From Myxococcota bacterium (GTDB taxonomy: Bacteria; Myxococcota_A; UBA796), in assembly GCA_029251165.1 (NCBI GenBank), contig JAQXDW010000095.1, forward strand, positions 4,423 to 68,422: DNA of 64,000 bases, written 5' to 3'. A program made the position numbers and the translations under genes. Every line of letters begins with the position of its first letter. Positions within the stretch are counted from its first letter, which is position 1. This document shows positions 36,115 through 46,757 of the stretch, piece after piece. The notes beneath the pieces were generated by a model that was not told the origin of the DNA, did no database searches, and saw only the letters and a list, made by a program, of their open reading frames with translations.

Positions 36115-36210
36115 GGCGTTCCGGCGCCGACGCTGCCCCGCGGAGGACGTGTCTGGTGGTGTGGTCGGGCTGCCCCGTGCGCCTGTTTGGAGCACGACCG
36201 GGCTCGACAA

Positions 36211-37068
36211 TCACCGACACTCGCTCACCGAGCGGTACACCAGCCGCTGCTCATACCCGACCGTAAGCCCGAAGACGCCCAGCAGCACAGACCAGCTCTC
36301 TCGGCTCGGCAGCAGGATTCCCTCCACGACCTGGCCCCGCAGGTGGAGCTGTCCGTCCATGACCTTCATCCGCAGCGGCCAGTCTCCGAGCGTCAGCCGC
36401 TTCGGCAGCACCGAGTCCAGCTCTGTCGCCGTCTTCCCGCCGCCTGGAAAGAACGCCGTCGCTGTCAGAAGCGGCGCGTTTCGCTTGTCCGATGTCGGCA
36501 CTTCGATCACCAGCTCCGCCCCGCTCCGTGGATCACTCCAGCGCATGAAGCTGGTCGTGATCGATCCGGAGAACCACGCATCGATGGAGTCCCGCAGCAG
36601 GTTCATGCTTTCTTCGGGATCTCCCTCGCTGATTGAGAGCGAGAGGCTCCGAGCGTCCTCCTCTTCTGGTGGAGTGTCGGCGGAGGCATCCCCGCGGTCT
36701 GTCTCCTCTGCGTTGAGGTTGGTGACAATGCTCGGATCGATCGCTCCGACCAGCGGCATGATCGGCAGGTCCACCGTCAGGTCGCCGTCCGAGCTGGTGA
36801 CCGCATACGAGAACGATGTCCAGACCCCATTCTCCAGTCGCCCGGAGAACGTGCCGCTCCCGGTGACCGACTCGCTGCCGCTGCTGGAGAACACGGAGGC
36901 GGGCTGGTACAGCGCCAGCTCAGCGGAGAGGAAGCCGGTGATGTCCCAGCACTTCCCGACGGGCCCGTGGGTCAGGGCGAACGCAGCATCCTCCCAGGCG
37001 TCGACATCATCGAGGTTGAGGTTGGGGGGAGGGGCACCAGCAGCGGCAGCGATGAGCAGGAGCATCAC
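36211..37068 (-). CDS. Exported hypothetical protein
   Basis: Signal peptide, GC3-biased frame, GTGA overlap with the upstream gene. Confidence 0.65.
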   Translation of the reverse strand: MMLLLIAAAAGAPPPNLNLDDVDAWEDAAFALTHGPVGKCWDITGFLSAELALYQPASVFSSSGSESVTGSGTFSGRLENGVWTSFSYAVTSSDGDLTVDLPIMPLVGAIDPSIVTNLNAEETDRGDASADTPPEEEDARSLSLSISEGDPEESMNLLRDSIDAWFSGSITTSFMRWSDPRSGAELVIEVPTSDKRNAPLLTATAFFPGGGKTATELDSVLPKRLTLGDWPLRMKVMDGQLHLRGQVVEGILLPSRESWSVLLGVFGLTVGYEQRLVYRSVSECR

Positions 37069-37844
37069 TGATCCTCGGTGGAGAGGTTGGGGGTGAGGTT
37101 GATTCCCAGGCCGACCTCCCAGCGCAGTCCCTGGGCGGTCTGCTGGAAGCTACCCTGGCCAGAGAGCCGAACCCAGCCCCGCTCACGGGCCAGCCCGAGC
37201 AGCGCGATCGGCTCGAGGTCTCCGGGACGCTGGCCGGCGATGATGGTGTCGAGACCAGCCCCGATGTAGGGGGAGAACGAACCGGCTTCCACCGACAGGA
37301 TCCCCCGCCCGCCCACCAGCAGAGCGGGATCGAGGGTGGCATCTTCGTAGCGGGCCTGCTCGTAGCGCAGGATGGGGCCGATTCGGAGTCCGACGGGGCC
37401 GATCCAGGGCCCGGCGAGGGTGCTGAGGGACACTGCGCTGCCGCCAACTCCGGCGAGGGGAATGTCCGCAGAGAGTCGGGTCTCTCCAGCGAGGGAGAAT
37501 TCACCTTCGGTCAGCTGAAACCAGCGGTGTCCTCCAGCGATGCCCAGCCGACTGGAGGTGCTGCGGTCGAGGCCGCCGTAGGAGAGGGTGGGGCGGAGGA
37601 AGAGCCGCCCCCGCAGCCGGGGAGCGATGAGCCCAGCCGGCAGGGTGCTGCTGCCCCTCAGCATCTCCCGAATCTCCACAGGCATCGCCTCGGTGTCTTC
37701 GACGCCGGCTTCGAAGTGGTTCAGCGCCGACTCCAGCTCCCCCTCGGCGTTGAGGAGAAAGGTCCGGGGAGCCTCCTCAGCGGGAGCCTCCTCAGCGGGG
37801 GAGTCGTCTTGGGCGAGCGCAAGAGCAGAGAGCAGAAAGATCAT
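37065..37844 (-). CDS. Exported protein, probable small outer-membrane beta-barrel
   Basis: Signal peptide; alternating strands (SPYIGAGL, LRWEVGLGINL). Confidence 0.6.
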   Translation of the reverse strand: MIFLLSALALAQDDSPAEEAPAEEAPRTFLLNAEGELESALNHFEAGVEDTEAMPVEIREMLRGSSTLPAGLIAPRLRGRLFLRPTLSYGGLDRSTSSRLGIAGGHRWFQLTEGEFSLAGETRLSADIPLAGVGGSAVSLSTLAGPWIGPVGLRIGPILRYEQARYEDATLDPALLVGGRGILSVEAGSFSPYIGAGLDTIIAGQRPGDLEPIALLGLARERGWVRLSGQGSFQQTAQGLRWEVGLGINLTPNLSTEDQ

Positions 37845-38172
37845 CGTGACACGGGAGCTGGAGACTTAGGGCAGACGTGCATCGGGGCCTCGTATTCAGA
37901 TCTCGATGGCGTTGGTCTCCAAGAGTGTACTGCCGGCTCGCGCGGACGGCAGCGCTGGGGCTTCTGACCCGCTCCGAGGTCGCGATGACCCTGGAGCGAC
38001 CGCAGCGTGATGGGCCGAGCCTCTTCGAGTGGTTCGTGTCGATGCGCGCTGCTTGTCTGCGGTCCTCAGCCTCGGGGCGATTGCTCGGGGCGATTGATGT
38101 CGAAGGACGCTCTCGCTGTGCTGCCAGAGTGGACCGCTCACCGGCGCTGCCAGGAGGCCGCCTCGAGCAGCA

Positions 38173-39114
38173 TTACTCTGCGTTGAAGATCGTCAGCTGC
38201 CCGCTGTCTCCATCCAGCGCATACCCAAATCCGCCATCCAGCCAGATTCGATCGGGCATTCCCGACACCGCGATGGCCTCTGCGCTCGTCTCGGCAGGCG
38301 CCGCTGGATCCGTCAGGTCCAGCACCTCCACGCCACCCTCAACGCCGACGTACAGCATCCCATCCAGCACCGTCACCCCTGATGTCGCTGCTCCCTGCCA
38401 CGCTCCGACCTCCGCGAGGTTCTCTGGATCCCGCGCATCCAGCACCAGGATTCCGTCCAGGCCGAGGCTCAAGTAGATGTAGTCGGTCTCTCCCATGGAC
38501 ATCATCGCCCTGTCCACGCTCACCGGCGGAAGCCACTCGCCGATGACCTCCAGATCGGTGCTCAGCACCTGGATCTCGCCGAACTCCGTCAGCAGGAACA
38601 TGCCCTCGGGGCGGCTGGAGAGGGTGGTCGGCACGCCGCCGGAGAGGGAGATCAGATCGATGGAGCGCATGTCGGCGTCTTCCTTGTACTCGATCTTCTC
38701 CAGCACGGGCTCGTCACCGTCCAGTCCGGTCAGCCACGCGCGTCCTTCTCCGGGGTCGACGGTCAGGCCGCGGACGTCGTAGCCGGTGATGTACTCCCCA
38801 CGGATCATCATGTTGTTGGGCGAGTAGGAGCGGAAGGCACGATCAGTGCCTGCAAACACCCGGTTGCCGACGATGTCGAGCTCCCGGCAGGCCTCGCTCT
38901 CGTAGTAGACCTCTCTGGCCTCCGGGGAGGCGGGGTCGGAGACGTCCCACAGCTGCAGTCCGCCGCTCTCTCGGCAGGTGTAGACTGCATTTCCAGCGGC
39001 CACCATGTCTTCAGAGACCCCGACGAGGGTCTCGCTGAGGATCTCGCCGTATGCTCCCTCGACGACAGGGGGAGCGGGCTCAGGAGCGATGCAGGCCAGG
39101 GTGAGCAGAAGCAT
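38173..39114 (-). CDS. LVIVD-repeat (beta-propeller) lipoprotein
   Basis: MLLLTLAC; GLQLWDVSDPASP, GILVLDARDPENL, GVEVLDLTDPAAP repeats. Confidence 0.8.
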   Translation of the reverse strand: MLLLTLACIAPEPAPPVVEGAYGEILSETLVGVSEDMVAAGNAVYTCRESGGLQLWDVSDPASPEAREVYYESEACRELDIVGNRVFAGTDRAFRSYSPNNMMIRGEYITGYDVRGLTVDPGEGRAWLTGLDGDEPVLEKIEYKEDADMRSIDLISLSGGVPTTLSSRPEGMFLLTEFGEIQVLSTDLEVIGEWLPPVSVDRAMMSMGETDYIYLSLGLDGILVLDARDPENLAEVGAWQGAATSGVTVLDGMLYVGVEGGVEVLDLTDPAAPAETSAEAIAVSGMPDRIWLDGGFGYALDGDSGQLTIFNAE

Positions 39115-39151
39115 GACCCCATTGTAGTTCCATCGGGCAGTGCACGACGAC

Positions 39152-40948
39152 TTAAGGCAGCGTCACCTGGCAGAGCGCGGCGACGGCCCTGATCTCGGCC
39201 TCTCGCCGTCGACGCTCCTCGATGAGCGAGGAGAACAGCGCGGGATCGATCCGATCCTGCTGCTCCAGTCCGGCAAGCACGGCATCGACGACAAGCTCGG
39301 GGGCGACATCCTGGCTCGGCAGGCTGCGCACGATCGACTTTCCGCCGGGCAGCACCGCCAGCCACCACCGCAGCTCGACGGGGATGAACAGCTTGAGCAG
39401 GAGGTGCTTGAGGGCCTCGCGGGGGGCGGTAGGGGGCAGCCACCGCAGGGTGGTGCCTCGGCTGTACAGCTCGATGCTGGCGGTTCGGTCGATGAGGCTG
39501 GACAGCTCATTGCGCAGGCCATCGGAGGCGAGGATGCGGCCGAGCTGGCTGCTCAGCGCACGCCCGGCGTCGTCGGTTGGCGCTTCCTCCCAGAACCGCG
39601 CGCTCAAGGCCTCGGCGACCTCGGTGAGGTCAGCGGCGTTCTCTGAGCCGATCAGCATCCGCTCCTCGGAGAGGTTGTCCAGCGTACAGGTGCAGTCTGG
39701 ACCGAGGACTGCGCTGATCAGTGCACAGAGAACGAAGCGATCCTGGAAGCTGAGGGGAGTGGTGAACCGCAGCACCATGCCCTCCTGCACTCCGAGCACG
39801 ACCTGCCGGGCTGGCTGAGGGAGGCGCTCTGGGGTCTCGATGAGCAGTCCGAGCTGGTGGGCCTCGGCGAGGTGCTCGACGGACCAGCCGCTGACGGCGT
39901 GGGTGCGGTGATCGATCCGAGCGCCGGTGAGGGGCGCGGACAGCTCGACATTGCGGAGCTCAGCGGCCCTGAGGTCTGCGCCGACCATGCTGCCGCAGGT
40001 GGAGAAGTCGAGACCTTCGAGCTGGGCGTAGCGGAGGTCGGTCCCCTCCAGGCGGGTCAGCTCCAGTCGACAGCCCTGTAGGTTCGCTCCCCGCATGTCC
40101 GCGCCGGAGAGATCGGCGCCCCGCAGGTCACACTCGCTGAGGTCAGCGTGCCGGAGGTCGGCTCCAGAGAAGTTGACCCGCTGTAGCTGTCCGCAGCTGA
40201 GGTCTGCACCGATGAGGCTGGCTCCAGGCAGCTCTGCGTCGAAGAAGGCGTGATCGTGGATCGACTCTCCAGCGTGGACCCGGGCGAGCAGCTGTGCGCC
40301 CTTCTCCGCCGGCTGCACCCTCTGAAATGCGCCCGGCGGACGGGGACGCCCCGGCTTCTTTCGAGCGCGGGGCAGCGAGCGTGGTGCGGGGAGAGCGGGC
40401 GGCTCGGGTGGGCGTGCTGCGCGCAGTGGTGGATGCGTCGGCTCCTGAAGATTCGCCAGCGCGCTCTCGTGTCCTCTTCGGGGCAGTACTTCAGTCGGTG
40501 GTTCTGAGATGCCCTTGGTGTGCAGGAGTGCTGAGGACTCGGGGATCTCGAAGACGTCGGTGTCCTCGCGGTCGGAATCATCGCGAGAGCCGGCGATGGC
40601 GGCATCCTCGGTGCTGAGCTTCTCGCCTGGTGCGCCGGCGCGTCGCGGCGCTGGGGCACCGATGCTGATGTTGCCTCGAGAGGCATCCTGAGCGTCGGGC
40701 TTGGACAGGGACAGCGGGGGCGGTGGTGTACCGACGTCTGGAAGCTCTGCGCCGCTCGGCAGGGCCGCTGAGAGCGTCGGCGCAGCCTCAGACGGGAGCG
40801 CTGGGGCCGGAGGCGCTTCTGGATGCTGTGGTGGGGATTCGGACCCATGGGTCGGCGGCCATCGCTCCTCGCCGGGGACGTCCAGAAGGTCGGAATGCTC
40901 GGGCTGACCGAACAGATTCCGAAACGCACCTGGCCGCTTCCGTGACAT
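39152..40948 (-). CDS. Pentapeptide-repeat protein with disordered N-terminus and helical C-terminal domain
   Basis: A(D/N)Lxx repeats (GADLRHADLSECDLRGADLSGADMRGANL); Pro-rich N-terminus; C-terminal LFIPVELR...LP...IDPALF..L.EER.RR..EI. Confidence 0.8.
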   Translation of the reverse strand: MSRKRPGAFRNLFGQPEHSDLLDVPGEERWPPTHGSESPPQHPEAPPAPALPSEAAPTLSAALPSGAELPDVGTPPPPLSLSKPDAQDASRGNISIGAPAPRRAGAPGEKLSTEDAAIAGSRDDSDREDTDVFEIPESSALLHTKGISEPPTEVLPRRGHESALANLQEPTHPPLRAARPPEPPALPAPRSLPRARKKPGRPRPPGAFQRVQPAEKGAQLLARVHAGESIHDHAFFDAELPGASLIGADLSCGQLQRVNFSGADLRHADLSECDLRGADLSGADMRGANLQGCRLELTRLEGTDLRYAQLEGLDFSTCGSMVGADLRAAELRNVELSAPLTGARIDHRTHAVSGWSVEHLAEAHQLGLLIETPERLPQPARQVVLGVQEGMVLRFTTPLSFQDRFVLCALISAVLGPDCTCTLDNLSEERMLIGSENAADLTEVAEALSARFWEEAPTDDAGRALSSQLGRILASDGLRNELSSLIDRTASIELYSRGTTLRWLPPTAPREALKHLLLKLFIPVELRWWLAVLPGGKSIVRSLPSQDVAPELVVDAVLAGLEQQDRIDPALFSSLIEERRRREAEIRAVAALCQVTLP

Positions 40949-41226
40949 TCAGACAAGACCTCCGATCGGATCCTACCTGATCCGACGTGGCCTGAGCCGC
41001 TCGCTGTGGTGAAGTCTCGGCGTGCCCTCTCTGCATGTCGGTGATGGTTTTTTGTTGGCTGATCGTGTGGAGTCAACGGTTGCGCTGCTGTCCGCTGCCT
41101 TGAGCTCGTCTTCTGAAGAGGATGCGGCAGAAGCGCTGGCCACAGTGCGGCCCAAGGCGGTCCCTCGCGGCGATGCTGGAGGCGTGTGGTGCGACGATGG
41201 GAAGACAAAAATGCTACAACGTCTCC

Positions 41227-42330
41227 GTGCTGTGGACCCTCATGTGTGCACCTGCGGCCGGGGGCGAGACGGTCGATGCCTCGCTGCCCATTGCGCTGCC
41301 GATCACCGAAGCCGTCGGTATGGGTGGCGCGGGGCTTGCGCTGGCCCGAGGGGCGACGGGGCTGCTGTATCACCCCGCCTCCGCAGCCTGGCGCCGGGAA
41401 GAGGACACCAAGCACATCGGGCTGAGCACTGCGCTGAGCCTGATGCGGGTCGGTGCGGACGAGCCGGTGGACCTCTCCAACACCGCCATCGATGGTGCGC
41501 AGTGGGCAGGGTGGCTGCTCGGCACCGGGGCCTCAGGGTTTGTGGGGCGGAGCGGCGGCGGGGCCAGCGTGAGCGCGCTTCAGTACGCGCGTGACGACAC
41601 CCGGATTCGGATCGGTGACGGCCACGTCGCCCTCTCACGGCTCTCTGTGAACCACCATGTCGCGGGCGGCCTGGGGCTGCGCATGCTGCTGGTTGAGGTC
41701 AATGTCGATGGTACGTCCAGCTGGTTTCAGGGCTTCGGCGCAGAGGCCGGCGCGGTGATGTCAGATGCCAGCGGAGGCTGGAACCTCGGCGGGGTGATCC
41801 GCAGCCCGGTGCGCGCGGCTGTTCGAGAGAGCAGCCTGGACATCGATGCTGTGGCCCTGCCCTGGCAGGTGTCGATGGGGGGCGCCTGGGTCAGCCGGGC
41901 GGCGAACCGCAGCACACGCCTGCCGGTGCGTCTGGCGGTCGACCTTGTGGTGGACGGACCGGTGAGCGACGGGGTGACCCTGGAGCCGCTGCTGCACGAC
42001 GAGGTCGTCCCCCGGGGAGGTGGGCTGAGCTACTCCCCACGGATCGGCGGAGAGCTGGAGGTGCTCCCGGAGCGGCTCCGGCTTCGGGGTGGCAGCTACA
42101 TCGAGCCGGCTCGAAGTGTGGATGCTGCCCCCCGGATTCATGGAACCGCTGGGTTTGAGGTGAAGCTGTTTCACCTGAAGCTTCCCTGGGGGCTGCTGGA
42201 CAACGACCTGACCTGGGAAGGCTCGGTGGACATTGCGGATCGCTACACCAACGCCAGCTGGATCGGCATCGGGCTGTGGCACCGCGGTGTCGTCGGGGGC
42301 CAGGGCGCGATCGGTCCATCGGTGGAGTGA
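41227..42330 (+). CDS. Outer-membrane beta-barrel protein (FadL/PorV-like N-terminal motif)
   Basis: AVGMGGAGLALARGATGLLYHPAS plug-like motif; strand pattern; LRLRGGSY.EP. Start assigned to GTG 41227 (TACAAC-N6). Confidence 0.6.
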   Translation: MLWTLMCAPAAGGETVDASLPIALPITEAVGMGGAGLALARGATGLLYHPASAAWRREEDTKHIGLSTALSLMRVGADEPVDLSNTAIDGAQWAGWLLGTGASGFVGRSGGGASVSALQYARDDTRIRIGDGHVALSRLSVNHHVAGGLGLRMLLVEVNVDGTSSWFQGFGAEAGAVMSDASGGWNLGGVIRSPVRAAVRESSLDIDAVALPWQVSMGGAWVSRAANRSTRLPVRLAVDLVVDGPVSDGVTLEPLLHDEVVPRGGGLSYSPRIGGELEVLPERLRLRGGSYIEPARSVDAAPRIHGTAGFEVKLFHLKLPWGLLDNDLTWEGSVDIADRYTNASWIGIGLWHRGVVGGQGAIGPSVE

Positions 42331-42366
42331 GGGCAGCCCTGTCTCCGCTTCGCTGACTGGGCGCGG

Positions 42367-45300
42367 CTACCACGTCACCTCGCCCAGCTCGATCCAGCCA
42401 TCGTCCACCATGATCACAAACGGCCTCGCCTCGATCCGCAGCCCTCCCGCGCCGTCGTGTCGGATGATCTGGAGGGTGCCGGTGCCGTAGCCCATCGGTC
42501 CGCGCCGGTAATAGTGGGCCTGGATGCGGTAGGGACCGGCAGCGGGGATCCCGTTGATCACGAAGCACTCTGGGCCGTAGCCAGTGGTGACATCTGCGAG
42601 CAGCTGGCCGCCGGAGGCGAGGTGGCGGGATGAGTAGCAGGCGTGGTCGCCGGAGCGATCGTAGATATGAAGGTCGACGTCGTTGGCGTCGGTCTCCCAG
42701 GACAGCACCATCCGCATCGACGGACCCTCCGGCCAGCACCCGCCGGCCTCGCGGAGTCGTGCACGGATGGCATCTTCCTCGACCGGAGACGCCGCGGCCC
42801 AGCCCGCAGCGAGCAGGCCGAGATCGTCGAGAAGCACCTGCCTCACCCCGGGGTAGCGGCTCTCGGGCCACCGCGCGGTCAGGCCAGCACAGATGGCCTC
42901 AAAGGCATCCGCCCACGCCGTGAGTCGAGCGAGCGCCCAGGCGAGCAGCCGGTGGCCAGAGGGGTGATCAGGCCGCTGCTGGACCGCGACGGCAAAGGTG
43001 TCGACCGCCAGAGCCTGTCCTGGCACGAGGCGCTCCAGGCGCTCTCCGGCGACCCGGCGGAGGTCTGCGCGGCCGGCGTAGAGGTCGACGAGGCTGCCAT
43101 AGGCTCGCGCAGCCTCGGGGGCATCACCGCTGGCCTCCAGGGCACGCCCCAGCGCCAGCAGCGCGAGCACGTTGCCGGGATCCTCGCTCCGCCAGTGGCG
43201 TGCCTCCGCCAGTGCATCGTCCCACAGCTCCTCGGCGAGCTGCTCCTGGATGGAAGCGAACCGGCCAGAGAGCGGAGCGGGATGATCGGGGATCGCCTCA
43301 GAGGCGGACCTGTGCCGCGCAGGGGCCTGTGGCCGAGGCGGCGGAGCATGGCGACTCATCCGAGGCGCTGGGAGGGGTGCGGTCTGCGGGCGTGGGGTAT
43401 CTGCCGGCCCGTGGAGTGGTGGTGCAATGGAATACGCTGCGACTTCGACGTCGTCGTCCTCTTCGGGCACCGCCTCGCACGCTGTGAATGTCATCGCGTC
43501 AGCCATGTCGAGATCGGCCATGTCGTCTGCCGGCGCCTCCGGCGGCTCCATGGACCCTCTGAGCCCAGGCGCCTGACCTGAAGGTGCGGGTGCCGACGCC
43601 GTGGTGCGCTTGCGTGCCTGAGATTTTGGAGCGCGCTCGGTCTTCTCCGCAGGTGTGAGCACTGGCTGCCGGCTGTCGAGGACCACCACACCGTCTGCGT
43701 CGAGGGTGAGGATGTCAGCGAGGGTGTCGCGATCGAGGCCGTAGCGGGTGTAGTCCTCGGCGGTCTCCAGCACGAGCAGGGCGGTGTGGTCGCACAGCAC
43801 ACGGCTGGCGATGGACCGGTCGATGATCTGCCGCGTGAGCGCGGCGCGCTGCTCGGGATCGGCGGAGGCCGCTGCGGTCAGGGCGCGGATGTGGGCGGCA
43901 GCGGCGGCGCGGGCGAGCAGCGGACGTGCGACGGTCGCGACCGAGATGCTCCGCTGCGGTCGGGCACCGGAGACCTCGAACTGCGCCGGCTGGTCGGCGG
44001 GCAGCTCTGCGTAGACGAGCACCTCCTCTCCCGGCTGCGCACCGTCGATGGTGCTCGGCCAGACCCACGCTGCGCCGGGCAGGTCGATGGTGATGCCGGA
44101 GCGGGTGGCCTGCTCCAGCTTCTCGACGAGACAGTCGGTCTCCAGATCACAGACCACGCCGTCTGCTACGAGCACACCTCGAGCGAGCCCGGTGGGGGTG
44201 TCTGCGTCTCGGATGCCGCCGGCCAGCAGTACGTCGAGGCGCCTCGCTCCGGTGGCTGCGAGGGCCGGGCGCAGCGCGTCGAGGGTGGTCGCTCCGGCGG
44301 TGGGCAGGCCGTCGCTGATCAGCAGCAGACGGTCGTCACAGGCGCTCACCTCCAGCGCCGCCTCCAGGTTGCTCGCCCCCATCGCCTCGGGCCAGTGCTC
44401 TACTGCAAATGACGAGAGTGGACCCTCGTACAGGAGGTGGCAGGTCTGGTCGAACCCGCAGACCGTGAGCGGAATTCCCCCGGCACCTCGGGCGATGAGG
44501 CTGCGCACGAGCGCGTCGAGCTTCTGGATCGTGGTGGGCAGGATGAGGGCCTGAGAGGCGGAGGTGTCGACCAGGATGGTCAGCGCGGTCAGCAGCTCGG
44601 GTGGTGCATCGAGATCGAGCTTGAGCCGGGCAACCAGCAGCGATCCGCTGCGCAGGCCGACCTGGGACTCTTCGCAGCCCAGGGAGATGACGAGGTCTCC
44701 TTCGGGGCGATGGTTGTGCTCGGAGAATGCGAACCGCTGTGGCGGGGTGGCGTCCCAGGACTCCAGCGTGACCGCCACCGACAGGTTCTCCAGCACCGGC
44801 AGCCCGCTCAGCGGCAGGACGTAGGGCGCGCTGGCGGAGGACAGCTCCTGAGACCAGGCGATGCGGATGTGCTTACGGCTGCGGGCCGGGATGGGGTAGA
44901 CCCGCGCGGAGAAGCGGTTCCCAGGGGCCTTCTCCATCAGCGCAGGGTCCTGTGCTCGGTGGAGGAAGTCCTCATAGATTCGCCTGGCGCGCTGCTTCTC
45001 GACGACCTCGCCCTCTTGCCACTGCGATCCGATCTTCATCGAGAACCGGCTAACGGCTGCGCCGGGGGGCAGGGTGATCTCGAACCGGCCCTCCAGCTCT
45101 CGATCCTCGGGGTTGTCGAACGTGAGGGTCAGCTCAGTCAGCGCGAGGGGATCCTGGATGTGACCACGTGCAGACAGGCGGTGCAGGCGCAGACCGGTGC
45201 CGTCGGAAGCGGTGAGTGACATCGGCTCATCGTCGCGGGTCATCCGCCACTCGGGACTGAGGTGAGCCGCGAGGCGGCTGTCTTCGGTCATGGTTTCCAT
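42367..45300 (-). CDS. VIT + vWA + TPR + YfaP/DUF2135-like protein
   Basis: LTASDGTGL, FDNPEDRELEGRF, GEVVEKQRARRIYE..LH...DPALME (VIT); LVDTSASQ (MIDAS); LSWETDANDVDLHIYD, DVTTGYGPE (YfaP-like). Confidence 0.85.
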   Translation of the reverse strand: METMTEDSRLAAHLSPEWRMTRDDEPMSLTASDGTGLRLHRLSARGHIQDPLALTELTLTFDNPEDRELEGRFEITLPPGAAVSRFSMKIGSQWQEGEVVEKQRARRIYEDFLHRAQDPALMEKAPGNRFSARVYPIPARSRKHIRIAWSQELSSASAPYVLPLSGLPVLENLSVAVTLESWDATPPQRFAFSEHNHRPEGDLVISLGCEESQVGLRSGSLLVARLKLDLDAPPELLTALTILVDTSASQALILPTTIQKLDALVRSLIARGAGGIPLTVCGFDQTCHLLYEGPLSSFAVEHWPEAMGASNLEAALEVSACDDRLLLISDGLPTAGATTLDALRPALAATGARRLDVLLAGGIRDADTPTGLARGVLVADGVVCDLETDCLVEKLEQATRSGITIDLPGAAWVWPSTIDGAQPGEEVLVYAELPADQPAQFEVSGARPQRSISVATVARPLLARAAAAAHIRALTAAASADPEQRAALTRQIIDRSIASRVLCDHTALLVLETAEDYTRYGLDRDTLADILTLDADGVVVLDSRQPVLTPAEKTERAPKSQARKRTTASAPAPSGQAPGLRGSMEPPEAPADDMADLDMADAMTFTACEAVPEEDDDVEVAAYSIAPPLHGPADTPRPQTAPLPAPRMSRHAPPPRPQAPARHRSASEAIPDHPAPLSGRFASIQEQLAEELWDDALAEARHWRSEDPGNVLALLALGRALEASGDAPEAARAYGSLVDLYAGRADLRRVAGERLERLVPGQALAVDTFAVAVQQRPDHPSGHRLLAWALARLTAWADAFEAICAGLTARWPESRYPGVRQVLLDDLGLLAAGWAAASPVEEDAIRARLREAGGCWPEGPSMRMVLSWETDANDVDLHIYDRSGDHACYSSRHLASGGQLLADVTTGYGPECFVINGIPAAGPYRIQAHYYRRGPMGYGTGTLQIIRHDGAGGLRIEARPFVIMVDDGWIELGEVTW

Positions 45301-45419
45301 TTAATCCTCATGGGAGAAGCAAATTGCGTGCTTTTAGATGGACAACGCACGCCGTGTTGAGTTGGTGACAGGGTATTTCGACCGGTCGATGAGGGCTGCA
45401 TCCACTAAGATCATTGGCG

Positions 45420-46757
45420 ATGCTCGCGTTGGTCCTCGGATGTACTTTTCCCGGCTCCGTCTCTCCCATCCTCCCGGGAGACGGTGAGACTGTGCCCCCT
45501 TTGGTCACACCCCGCTCTCCGAGCCTCAGCGCAGAACCGGATCCCCTGAACATCCTCGTGGTGATCAGTGACGACGTCGGCATCGAGGCCAGCGCTTGCT
45601 ACAGCGACGTTCTCGACGTCGACCGCGCACCCCAGCCGACCATTGAGGGCCTGTGTGCCGATGGACTTCGGTTCACTGATGCCTGGTCCTACCCGCTGTG
45701 CTCGCCGACCCGGGCTGCCATGATGACTGGCCGCTATGGCTGGCGGACCAATGTGGGACGGGCGCTGGATGAAGACATGGAGTCGCTCTCTCCCGACGAG
45801 GTCACGCTGCCCGACCTCATCGATGGAGACACCGCCTACATCGGCAAGTGGCACCTCACCGGGCTCGACCTCCCGGAGCACCCCCATGAGCTTGGCTGGG
45901 CGCACTTCTCTGGCACCTTGTACGGCGCGGTCCCCGACTACTGGTCCTACGAGAAGGTCGTCAACGGCGAGAAGGTCGATGTCCAGGGCTATGCAACCAC
46001 CGAGGTGGTCGACGATGCCCTGGACTGGCTGGCGGAGCAGGACGACGAGCCGTGGATGATGTGGGTCAGCTTCAACGCTCCGCACACGCCCCTGCATGCG
46101 CCGCCCATCGAGCTGCACAGCGCCGACCTGAAGACACTAAGCATGGAGAGCCAGCCGGTGCCGTTCTTCCAGGCGATGATCGAGGCGATGGATACCGAGC
46201 TGGGGCGGCTCCTCGACAGCGTCGATCGGGACAACACGGTCATCATCTACCTCAGTGACAACGGCACCGATGCCTCCGTCAATCAGAGCATCTACCGCAA
46301 CAGCAAAGGCAGCCTCGGACAGGGCGGGGTGCATGTGCCGTTGATCATCAGCGGCCCCGGCATTCCGACCGGAGATGTCGACGCGATGGTCCACGTCACC
46401 GACCTCTACAACACCATCCTTGAGCTTCGCGGACTGCCGCCTCTGGAGGATGACGAGCACGACAGCATCAGCATGCTGCCCTATCTCCTCGATCCGGCGC
46501 ATCCGCCGCAGCGCGAGCTCATGCTCACCGAGCTGTTCGGACCGCAGGTGCCGGAGTCACTGGCGGGCCGGTCGGCACGAACCGCGGACTATAAGCTTGT
46601 TCGCTTGTTCGCTGGGGGGGAGCGACTCTATAATCTCCGCGAGGATCCCATCGGGGAGGTCGATCTCATGCTGAAGCCACTGACCGAATCGCAGCAAGCG
46701 GCAGCATACCTGCTGGGCGACTACCTCGAACAGATCGAAGCACAGGCAGGCTTTTGA
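45420..46757 (+). CDS. Sulfatase (formylglycine type), lipoprotein
   Basis: LVLGC; NILVVISDDVG, CSPTRAAMMTGRY, IGKWHL, APHTPLH, SDNG. Confidence 0.9.
   Translation: MLALVLGCTFPGSVSPILPGDGETVPPLVTPRSPSLSAEPDPLNILVVISDDVGIEASACYSDVLDVDRAPQPTIEGLCADGLRFTDAWSYPLCSPTRAAMMTGRYGWRTNVGRALDEDMESLSPDEVTLPDLIDGDTAYIGKWHLTGLDLPEHPHELGWAHFSGTLYGAVPDYWSYEKVVNGEKVDVQGYATTEVVDDALDWLAEQDDEPWMMWVSFNAPHTPLHAPPIELHSADLKTLSMESQPVPFFQAMIEAMDTELGRLLDSVDRDNTVIIYLSDNGTDASVNQSIYRNSKGSLGQGGVHVPLIISGPGIPTGDVDAMVHVTDLYNTILELRGLPPLEDDEHDSISMLPYLLDPAHPPQRELMLTELFGPQVPESLAGRSARTADYKLVRLFAGGERLYNLREDPIGEVDLMLKPLTESQQAAAYLLGDYLEQIEAQAGF

Noticed and set aside
37870-38170. Possible ncRNA or MITE in the intergenic gap (short CTCGGGGCGATTG duplication)
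   Set aside because: No recognisable RNA family, terminal inverted repeats or second copy in the window.
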